Source: an uncultured archaeon (GTDB lineage: Archaea > Iainarchaeota > Iainarchaeia > Iainarchaeales > CSSED10-239). Taken from it: a stretch of DNA of 29,710 nucleotides. The translations under genes and the position numbers were made by a program. Shown here piece by piece: positions 15,178 to 22,662 of this stretch. The DNA is taken from positions 1 through 29,710 of the forward strand of contig CAZCAP010000010.1 in NCBI GenBank assembly GCA_964496765.1, read 5' to 3'. Each line of letters starts with the position of its first letter. Positions within the stretch are counted from its first letter, which is position 1. A model generated the notes under the pieces. That model was not told the DNA's origin. It saw nothing but the letters and a program-made list of their open reading frames with translations, and made no database searches.

Positions 15178-16272
15178 TTAGAAATCATCAAGCCAACCAG
15201 CTGTTTTATTTATTTTTCTTTTAAAAAATAACCCTACATTTTCTGGATTTCTTGCCTGATGATACTTGAAATACATATATTTATCATCCACACCCAAGAT
15301 CTCAATCTTACCTGTTTCATGGGACATTGCAAACTTAAATCTTTTTGCTGGTCCAGACAATAATTTTCTTGTGTTTTTAACAATTTCCTGAGCTTTATAG
15401 AGTGGTAATTGAAAATGATGCTTAACTCTAGAAACTGGCCTGCATTGGAATACATAATATGGAATAACCCCAATTCCTGTTAATCTCATCATCAACTCAG
15501 ATAAGGTTTTTGGATTATCATTAACATCCTTCATTAGAACAGTTTGATTATTAACTATTATATTTGAGTTATATAATGCACTAATTCCTTTGATTGCTTC
15601 TTTTGTAATCTCATTTGGATGATTAAAGTGGGTTACAACATATATTCTTCTATCAATTCTAGAATACTTTTTAAAAACAGCTAATAACTTTTTATCTTTA
15701 TAAATTCTTTCAGGTAGAACAACAGGTATTCTTGAGCCAATTCTAATAAATCTAAGATGTTTAACTGAGCTTAGCTTTTTTAAAAAGGTTTCAATTATCT
15801 TAGTTGGAAGTGTTAACGGATCTCCACCGGATATTAAAACATTTGTAATGTTTTTATTATTTTTAATATATTTAACTGCTTCATCAAATCGTTTAATAAT
15901 TTCTGTGTTTGGAAGCCCAACTAATCTTTTTCTAAAACAAAATCTACAATAGGCAGAACATTTGTTTGTTGAAAGTATAATTGCGGTCTGTTGATATTTG
16001 TGTTGTAGTCCACTAAGCTTTGTGTTTTTTGCTTCTCCGCTAGTATCAAATGAACCAACTGTGTTTAGTTCTTCAAGAGAAGGAATTATCATCTTTCTAA
16101 TTGGATCTTTTTTGTCTTTCCAATTAATTAAAGAAAAATAGTATTTAGTAACGCACATGGGGTGCATTTCAATTAGATCTTCAAATTTAATTTTATCAGC
16201 TTTAGATATAGTAATATATTTCTTTAAGTCATCCATATTTACTAAATTATCTTTTATCATTTTATTATACAA
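15178..16272 (-). CDS. KamA-family radical SAM protein (lysine 2,3-aminomutase-like)
   Basis: CSAYCRFCFRKR (CxxxCxxC), ISGGDPL, and an overall length and order typical of the KamA/EpmB family. The start codon is ambiguous (TTG at 16272 or ATG at 16260). Confidence 0.85.
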   Translation of the reverse strand: MYNKMIKDNLVNMDDLKKYITISKADKIKFEDLIEMHPMCVTKYYFSLINWKDKKDPIRKMIIPSLEELNTVGSFDTSGEAKNTKLSGLQHKYQQTAIILSTNKCSAYCRFCFRKRLVGLPNTEIIKRFDEAVKYIKNNKNITNVLISGGDPLTLPTKIIETFLKKLSSVKHLRFIRIGSRIPVVLPERIYKDKKLLAVFKKYSRIDRRIYVVTHFNHPNEITKEAIKGISALYNSNIIVNNQTVLMKDVNDNPKTLSELMMRLTGIGVIPYYVFQCRPVSRVKHHFQLPLYKAQEIVKNTRKLLSGPAKRFKFAMSHETGKIEILGVDDKYMYFKYHQARNPENVGLFFKRKINKTAGWLDDF

Positions 16273-16362
16273 ATTATCACCTCTTTTTTTGAAAATGTTT
16301 TCTTTTTAAAAGATAGGAACTTATCCTATTGTTTGAAAATATTTTATTCGTATTTAAATAAA

Positions 16363-16788
16363 TTAAAGTATTGCTTTTATCTTCTTAATAAACAATTCTG
16401 CGTTTTTTATTCCGTTTTCTGCTTCATCTTTTGAAACAATATCAACTTCCTCATAAACTATTAAATGTCTTTTTTTTCTCATTTTATTAAATATAAATAA
16501 GATATCAGAGAAATCTCTATTATATTTCAATTTTAAAAATTCAATTACTGCAACATGTCTTCCTTCTCCAATTGGTCTCACTCCTGAATTAAACATTAGA
16601 GATCTTCCTGCCTGAAGCATAGCATTATAGGTTATTGAATAACACCAATCATAATCTTTGGATTTAAATACATTTTTTGCAGTTTCCAGATCTTTCTCTG
16701 CATGTAGGATTGCCTTTGCAACCAGGGTTTTATCAAAAACAATCTTTTCCCAAAATTCATTGGATTTGGTGTCTGAATTCATTTTCAT
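16363..16788 (-). CDS. HEPN domain protein (toxin of the MNT-HEPN pair)
   Basis: 141-aa all-helical protein with an ...RKKRHLIVYEE motif (R-x-H type) near the C-terminus. It overlaps the upstream NTase gene by 32 nt. Confidence 0.7.
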   Translation of the reverse strand: MKMNSDTKSNEFWEKIVFDKTLVAKAILHAEKDLETAKNVFKSKDYDWCYSITYNAMLQAGRSLMFNSGVRPIGEGRHVAVIEFLKLKYNRDFSDILFIFNKMRKKRHLIVYEEVDIVSKDEAENGIKNAELFIKKIKAIL

Positions 16789-17332
16789 CTCCCATTAACA
16801 TAATAATATTACTTTGATTGATTGTTTTTAATAAATGATTATCCTTCGCTTTTGTTTTAAATGTTTTTTCATTCCATAGTACAAAATTAATTTCTCGATT
16901 AGTACTATCTTCTATCTTTTGGATTATTTTTAAGACTATATCTTCTTTCATCTCAGATACAATAAGCAAATCAATATCACTATTACTATTTTCTGTTCCT
17001 TTAGCAAATGAACCATAAATTAAACAATATTTTACATTTGCAGTAAGTTCTTTTTTAATTAAAGTTCCAAAATAATCTGTTTTAATAAATATGTTTTTCA
17101 AGTCATTTAAGAAAACACATTTTTTATCAATTGAATAAAGCAGAAGATTTGCTTTTTTCTTTTTAGTAACAATTCCAATGGTTAATAGATTTTCAAGTTC
17201 AATTGAAACAATACTTGGATGAGCATTTATTACTTTTGCAATTTTTCTTAGATGATAGTCCCTATCATCATTGAAGAGAAGTAAAGATAATAATTCAACT
17301 CTTGTTTTTGAAGTAAATAATTTATTCAACAT
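16757..17332 (-). CDS. wHTH-fused minimal nucleotidyltransferase (MNT)
   Basis: ArsR-like wHTH (TRVELLSLLL...YHLRKIAKVINAHPSIVSIELENL) followed by YGSFAKGTENSNSDIDLLIV (GS-x10-DxD). Confidence 0.75.
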   Translation of the reverse strand: MLNKLFTSKTRVELLSLLLFNDDRDYHLRKIAKVINAHPSIVSIELENLLTIGIVTKKKKANLLLYSIDKKCVFLNDLKNIFIKTDYFGTLIKKELTANVKYCLIYGSFAKGTENSNSDIDLLIVSEMKEDIVLKIIQKIEDSTNREINFVLWNEKTFKTKAKDNHLLKTINQSNIIMLMGDENEFRHQIQ

Positions 17333-17378
17333 AACTGTACACTATTTATAGACGTTTGTACATATTTAGTGTACAGTT
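17333..17378. promoter_or_regulatory. Perfect 12-bp inverted repeat aactgtacacta-N22-tagtgtacagtt
   Basis: It lies directly upstream of the MNT-HEPN operon start (17332) and directly downstream of the tyrS stop (17400). The spacer contains tttata and a tgtaca palindrome. Confidence 0.6.
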
Positions 17379-17399
17379 AAGTTTAAATTAGTTTTGATT

Positions 17400-18482
17400 T
17401 TATCTAGTTACTTGGAAGCTTTCTACTTTTTCAAGAAGTTCCTTTGCATTTACATTTTTTTTGAAATGCTCTCTTACAGGTTCAATAAATTGATTAATGT
17501 ATTGAGCTGATGTTGCTTTCAGATCCATTGGATGAAGCTTTTTATCTACAAAATCCTTTTCCAGGTCTTCATAGCTCTTGTATATAACATCTCCACCGAA
17601 CTTTTCTGATCTCTTAACAGCAAACTCATCAATCTTCTCAAAAATTATGTATTTACAATATTCAAGAACTGGATTATCTTGAACAATTCCTTCAGGACAA
17701 TAGGCCTTCTTGAACTTTCTTTCAATTTCTTCCTTTGAATCAGTCATGAAGATAGCTGAATCTGGATTTGATTTTGACATCTTTTTTGCAATGGTTGCAT
17801 CAACACCAGTTAATTCTTTATCTTTAGGTTCTGTTAGCCCCATAAGCATGTGGTGATGAATTGCAATTGGTTTTCTTCTTCCAATCTTTTCTGCAACCTC
17901 TCTTGCAAGAACATTAACCTTTCTTTGATCCATTCCAAGTTGAGCAATATCCACATTTAACATAAAGATATCCGATGCCTGCATGCAAGGATAAAATATT
18001 TGAGCAGCAGTGAGGTTATCATTCTCTGTTCTTCCCATGATCTGAGAGCACCTTGTTATTCTAGGAACCGTATTTAGTCTACCTATCTGCAGAACCATTA
18101 GCCAATATGCTTGATCATTCATAAGATCAGAAGCCCAAATAAACTCAACATTTTTCATGTCCATTCCACAGACTTTCCAAACTTCAATAAAGTATTCTCC
18201 AACTGTTTTTATTTTACTAAGATCCCCACCCATCTTGTTATTCATGAGTGCATACCAATCAGCAACAAGAAACTTAAAATGAACCCCAGCTTTGATTAGC
18301 TTGTTTACATTTATTGCTCTAAGTAAACCTTGAGCAATGTGTATTCTTCCACTTGGTTCAAATCCATCATAGGCAGTTAAAGTTTCTTTCTCAATTAATC
18401 TATTTACAAGCTCATCTTCTGTTAGAATCTCTTCTCCAACTTCTTTAATTAACTTTAATCTTTCATCAACATTTAATTTCAT
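17400..18482 (-). CDS. tyrS: Tyrosyl-tRNA synthetase, archaeal long form
   Basis: YDGFEPSGRIHIAQG, LVADWYALMNNKMGGDL, GMDQRK, KKMSKSNP, KFGGDVIYKSYEDLEKDF..KLHPMDLK are collinear with Pyrococcus-type TyrRS as I remember it. Confidence 0.92.
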   Translation of the reverse strand: MKLNVDERLKLIKEVGEEILTEDELVNRLIEKETLTAYDGFEPSGRIHIAQGLLRAINVNKLIKAGVHFKFLVADWYALMNNKMGGDLSKIKTVGEYFIEVWKVCGMDMKNVEFIWASDLMNDQAYWLMVLQIGRLNTVPRITRCSQIMGRTENDNLTAAQIFYPCMQASDIFMLNVDIAQLGMDQRKVNVLAREVAEKIGRRKPIAIHHHMLMGLTEPKDKELTGVDATIAKKMSKSNPDSAIFMTDSKEEIERKFKKAYCPEGIVQDNPVLEYCKYIIFEKIDEFAVKRSEKFGGDVIYKSYEDLEKDFVDKKLHPMDLKATSAQYINQFIEPVREHFKKNVNAKELLEKVESFQVTR

Positions 18483-18751
18483 TATAAATCCCTCATATCA
18501 ATTATTTTCTTTTCTTCAAACATATCCAATAATAATTTAATTACAAAAAGAATTATTATCACTAGAATTACCTTTAATATAAATATCAATAAAATACGGC
18601 CTGAAAGGCCATACATAATAAGCTTAATTAAAGAATAAACCATAATTACAACTATAGCTATGAATAATACTGAAAAGATCATATGTCTTTCAAAGTATTT
18701 TTGTAAATATTTATTCAAAGATGGTTTATTTTTTGTTTTTTTTGTTTTCAT
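18482..18751 (-). CDS. Small membrane protein (2 TM)
   Basis: Hydrophobic 89-aa ORF whose stop overlaps the tyrS start by 1 nt. Confidence 0.4.
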   Translation of the reverse strand: MKTKKTKNKPSLNKYLQKYFERHMIFSVLFIAIVVIMVYSLIKLIMYGLSGRILLIFILKVILVIIILFVIKLLLDMFEEKKIIDMRDL

Positions 18752-18811
18752 CTAGTTACCCTATATATATAAGGTATCATAAGCTTTTAAAAAAGAAGTA
18801 TATCTTTTATT

Positions 18812-19138
18812 TTACTTATTTCTACTAATTACTAGAGAAATAGATATTAGAAGCCCAATAAACAGAATAGAAAAATAGATTATTTTCACATTATATCCAA
18901 AGATTTCATTTTCTGAGTGCAATCTATTTCTTTCAAGTTCTGTTGATGATGGACATCCAAAAGAATATTCGTTTCCAGATAAGTGTAGGAAACTATATTT
19001 AATATATGAATTAGAACAACCATAAATTTCATCAATTCCTAGATGTGCCTGCTCATGGGATTCTGTGAACAATATGGTAAGTGCTAAATAGATTAGAATG
19101 AATATAGAAACTAGGATTACAATCTTTTTCATCATCAA
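18812..19138 (-). CDS. Small membrane protein with HEQAH (HExxH) motif
   Basis: N- and C-terminal TM helices flank a ~60-aa segment with HEQAH and two Cys. Confidence 0.4.
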   Translation of the reverse strand: MMMKKIVILVSIFILIYLALTILFTESHEQAHLGIDEIYGCSNSYIKYSFLHLSGNEYSFGCPSSTELERNRLHSENEIFGYNVKIIYFSILFIGLLISISLVISRNK

Positions 19139-19231
19139 CTATATAGTGCAACATTATATTTATAAAGCATATAACTAACCTCTAACTAATAGATAACTAA
19201 TAATATATATCTACTAAACAACCATACAATT

Positions 19232-19567
19232 ATGAAGAACAAACCAAAGAAAGCCACAGTCAATTATATGTATAATATTAAGACTGATATCTACACTCTT
19301 GGAAAGGTGCTTGCTTCTCCAAATAAGGTGAAGATTCTATATTCTCTGTCTTTTCCAAAAACTCCTAAGGAAATATCGAAACATACAAACATTAATTTTC
19401 CAACAACTTCTAAAACAATTAAAGAGCTTGAAGATCTATCCCTTATCTCAATAAATAATAAGGATTTAAGAAAAGGAAAGATTATTTCTGTTTCAAGAAA
19501 GGGTAAGGATTTATTATCAGATCTTGAGAAAAAAAAGAAAAAAGAAGAAACTAGTTTAGATAATTAA
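19232..19567 (+). CDS. wHTH transcriptional regulator (ArsR/MarR-like)
   Basis: SPNKVKILYSLSFPKTPKEISKHTNINFPTTSKTIKELEDLSLI has a helix-turn-helix pattern. Confidence 0.55.
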   Translation: MKNKPKKATVNYMYNIKTDIYTLGKVLASPNKVKILYSLSFPKTPKEISKHTNINFPTTSKTIKELEDLSLISINNKDLRKGKIISVSRKGKDLLSDLEKKKKKEETSLDN

Positions 19568-19587
19568 TAGAAAGAATAAGAATAGGA

Positions 19588-19656
19588 GTTTTGCTTGGAC
19601 ACGTACCCTCCCGAAAAGGATATACACCTCTTTTATGTAATATATATGGTGATAGA
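19588..19656 (+). repeat. Junction/leader element copy G (only + strand copy)
   Basis: GTTTTGCTTGGACACGTACCCTCCCGAAAAGGATATACACCTCTTTTATGTAATATATATGGTGATAGA-GTG. Confidence 0.88.
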
Positions 19657-20553
19657 GTGATTGAGAATAACTTAATTATTCACGAAAATATTAAATATAA
19701 GATCTACAAAATTAGAGATACTCAAATTATGCTTGATAGTGATCTCGCTGAATTATATTGTGTACAAACAAAGGTTTTTAATCAAACAGTTAGAAGGAAT
19801 AAAGATAGATTCCCAAAAGATTTTATGTTTAAATTAACTAAAAAGGAGTTTGAAATCTTGAGGTCACAATTTGTGACCTCAAGTGTGGGTTGGGGTGGTA
19901 ATAGATATTCTACTTTTGCTTTTACTGAACAAGGAATTGCTAGTTTATCTGGGATTTTAAAAAGCAAAAGAGCAATTGAAATTAATATTCAAATAATGAG
20001 AGCATTTGTCTCCATGAGAAGATTTCTCTCAAAAAATCTAGAAATATTTACTAGATTAGATTCAATAGAAAGAAATCAATTAGAATATCAACTAAGATCA
20101 GATAACAATTTCAAAAAAATATTTGATGCAATAGAAAATAAAGAAATTAGTAAAAATCAAGGGATATTTTTTGATGGACAAATGTTTGATGCACACAAAT
20201 TTATATCTGATTTAATAAAATCTGCAGATAAGTCAATAATTTTAATAGATAACTATATCGATGATTCTGTTTTAACATTATTCACAAAAGTAAATATAAA
20301 TGTGGATATTACAATATATACCGAAAACATAACAAAACAACTAAAATTAGATATAGATAAATACAATTCACAATATAATCCAATTAATATTAAAAAGTTT
20401 AAAAAAACGCATGATAGATTTTTAATTATTGATAGCACCCAAATTTATCACATAGGAGCATCAATTAAAGATTTAGGTAAAAGGTGGTTTGCATTTGCAA
20501 AGCTTGATAAAGATTGTCAAAAAATACTAAAAAAACTAAATATAAAGAATTAA
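19657..20553 (+). CDS. ORF6N domain protein with conserved C-terminal domain
   Basis: IRDTQIMLDSDLAELYCVQTKVFNQTVRRNKDRFPKDFMFKL...FTEQGIASLSGIL is ORF6N. The C-terminus has HDRFLIID...HIGASIKDLGKRWFAF. The start is uncertain (GTG at 19657 or ATT at 19660). The track start at 19591 is a TTG inside the element, in a different frame from the DUF1016 extensions. Confidence 0.8.
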   Translation: MIENNLIIHENIKYKIYKIRDTQIMLDSDLAELYCVQTKVFNQTVRRNKDRFPKDFMFKLTKKEFEILRSQFVTSSVGWGGNRYSTFAFTEQGIASLSGILKSKRAIEINIQIMRAFVSMRRFLSKNLEIFTRLDSIERNQLEYQLRSDNNFKKIFDAIENKEISKNQGIFFDGQMFDAHKFISDLIKSADKSIILIDNYIDDSVLTLFTKVNINVDITIYTENITKQLKLDIDKYNSQYNPINIKKFKKTHDRFLIIDSTQIYHIGASIKDLGKRWFAFAKLDKDCQKILKKLNIKN

Positions 20554-20597
20554 TACCAAAATAGAATTATTACTTACTTATATTTAAATTTTAGAAG

Positions 20598-20669
20598 CGC
20601 CCCGGGTAGGACTCGAACCTACAACCTATCGATTAACAGTCGATTGCTCCGCCATTGAGCTACCGAGGC
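20598..20669 (-). tRNA. tRNA-Asn (anticodon GUU)
   Basis: Manual cloverleaf: acceptor GCCUCGG/CCGGGGC, D stem GCUC/GAGC, anticodon stem AUCGA/UCGAU with loop CUGUUAA, T arm GUAGG-UUCGAGU-CCUAC, discriminator G. It is 72 nt with no encoded CCA. Confidence 0.9.
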
Positions 20670-20798
20670 ACATCTTCTTTCTTATAGGGATAACCAATAA
20701 GAAAATTTGTTTAATCTCAACCATAATAGCCTGAGAAAGAAACTAGATTATTATATAATATTTATATCTAAAAGTATTTAAATATAACCTCTTTTGTT

Positions 20799-21560
20799 TT
20801 AAATTACAGAAATAAGGAAAAGATCCCTCCCTCCCGTTGATAAAGCTAAAATTATAATTAATAGCTTAAGATAGTGATTTACTTTCTCATCTTTAATCAA
20901 TTTATCAATTAAATAAAGAAGTAAAAGAGTTATAAATAACTTAATAACAACAAATAGGATTATGTTTGTTGAAATTAAAAAACTTGATAAAAAATGTTCT
21001 TCAACAAACCTTTTTCCAAGAAATATTAATGCAAAGCTTGTTGCAAAGGTATCTAATATCTCTGAAAAAAGAAATAGTTTATTTATTCTTGATTTAAACA
21101 TATTAAATTCTTTCATTCTTGAATAAATAAAAATGAAAAAGATTAATAGAACAAAGGATGAAATAATAATTTCAATAAAGTATATCCATTGGGTTATCCT
21201 AAACAAAAACCAAATAAGAAAAGGTAGAAGAAGAATTAATCCAATAATTGTTATGTGCTTAATGTAATGCTCTCTAGAGATTAGTCTGGTGACTTCAAAC
21301 ACAAGAAGATAAAGAACTCCCAATAATCCAAAAAGGAAAGGATATTGAAGATACTTTGCAGATAGATAACCCAAATCACCCATTATCCTAACAATAACTC
21401 CAATAAAGATAAGAGGAATAATTGAATATACAAATCTTAAATCTACTCTTGTTTTTCTATACTTAACAATATAGAGATATGAAAGATAATAAATGAAAAG
21501 TCCAACAATAAGGAAAAGAGAAGTATTTTTTATTCCATAGCTTAAAATTATTCCAAACAT
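20799..21560 (-). CDS. Polytopic membrane protein (about 8 TM; possibly DUF63-like)
   Basis: Very hydrophobic 253-aa ORF. The family assignment is a guess. Confidence 0.55.
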   Translation of the reverse strand: MFGIILSYGIKNTSLFLIVGLFIYYLSYLYIVKYRKTRVDLRFVYSIIPLIFIGVIVRIMGDLGYLSAKYLQYPFLFGLLGVLYLLVFEVTRLISREHYIKHITIIGLILLLPFLIWFLFRITQWIYFIEIIISSFVLLIFFIFIYSRMKEFNMFKSRINKLFLFSEILDTFATSFALIFLGKRFVEEHFLSSFLISTNIILFVVIKLFITLLLLYLIDKLIKDEKVNHYLKLLIIILALSTGGRDLFLISVI

Positions 21561-21615
21561 TCACTAATATTTGGTTACCAATCTATTTTTATAACTAATT
21601 TTATAATATAAGTAT

Positions 21616-22659
21616 ATGACAAAAGCAATTGCAATTAAGGTTTTAAGCAAAGACGCTCAAAAAGTAATCACAAAACTTAAAGCAAACAATAATCTATTAA
21701 CTGATTATAAGATAAATAGAGATTCAACCCATGTAATCATACCTATAAAGAAGATTACAAGTGAGATTAAAAAATATCCAATAATTGAATTAACCAAAAA
21801 AGTAAATATAAATAAAATAGGGGCTACAATTAAAGATCAACTTCTTATAAAAAAGGTCCCTGCTAAAATAGTTTCACAAATCCCCACATCCTATGATATT
21901 GTGGGAGACATAGTGATTGCAAACATTGATCCAACTATTGTAAAGAAATACAAGAAAGAGATTGGAGAAAGCTATCTTGAAATTCATCCTCATGTAAAGG
22001 TTGTTCTTAATAAAAAGAAGGAACATCACGGTGTTTTTAGAACACAGGATCTTTCTTATGTATTTGGAGAAAAGAGAAAAGAAACAATAATTAAAGAAAA
22101 TGGATGCTTATTTAAAACAGATGTTGAAAAAGTGTTTTATTCTCTTCGACTTTCCACTGAGAGACAAAGAATTGTTTCTCTTGTTAAACCAGGAGAGAAG
22201 GTAGGAGTGTTTTTCGCAGGGGTTGGACCATTTGCAATAACAATTGCAAAGAATGCAAAACCAAAAGAGGTTGTTGCAATTGAACTTAATCCAATTGGAG
22301 TGAAATACCTTAGGGGAAACATAAAACTAAACAAAGTAGAAGATAAGGTAACAGCTGTTCTCGGTGATGTAAAAATAGTGTCCAAGAAATATAACAACTA
22401 TTTCGACAGGATCCCGATGCCCCTTCCTAAGTCAGCAGAACTATTTCTAGATTCTGCAATTTATTCAATCAAATCAGGAGGAATAATACACATTTACAAC
22501 TTTGTTCCAAAGGACAATCCCTATCAAGAAATAGAAGAGACATTAAAAACGAAAGAAAAAGAAAATAAAGTAAAATTAAAAATTATTGAGAGAAGAATAA
22601 TAAGAAGCTTCTCAGCAACAACAATTCAGATTGTGTTGGATGTGAAAGTAAAAAAGTAA
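21616..22659 (+). CDS. trm5: tRNA (guanine37-N1)-methyltransferase Trm5/Taw2 (Met-10+ family)
   Basis: SYDIVGDIVIA, FSLRLSTERQRI, the SAM motif VGVFFAGVGPFAI, ELNP, and a proline-rich catalytic loop RIPMPLP. Confidence 0.8.
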   Translation: MTKAIAIKVLSKDAQKVITKLKANNNLLTDYKINRDSTHVIIPIKKITSEIKKYPIIELTKKVNINKIGATIKDQLLIKKVPAKIVSQIPTSYDIVGDIVIANIDPTIVKKYKKEIGESYLEIHPHVKVVLNKKKEHHGVFRTQDLSYVFGEKRKETIIKENGCLFKTDVEKVFYSLRLSTERQRIVSLVKPGEKVGVFFAGVGPFAITIAKNAKPKEVVAIELNPIGVKYLRGNIKLNKVEDKVTAVLGDVKIVSKKYNNYFDRIPMPLPKSAELFLDSAIYSIKSGGIIHIYNFVPKDNPYQEIEETLKTKEKENKVKLKIIERRIIRSFSATTIQIVLDVKVKK

Positions 22660-22662
22660 AAA

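Noticed and set aside
19600-20612. Element core derived from the tRNA-Asn 3' end (CTACCC shared)
   Set aside because: Only a 6-nt match, with no extended similarity to the T arm or acceptor stem.
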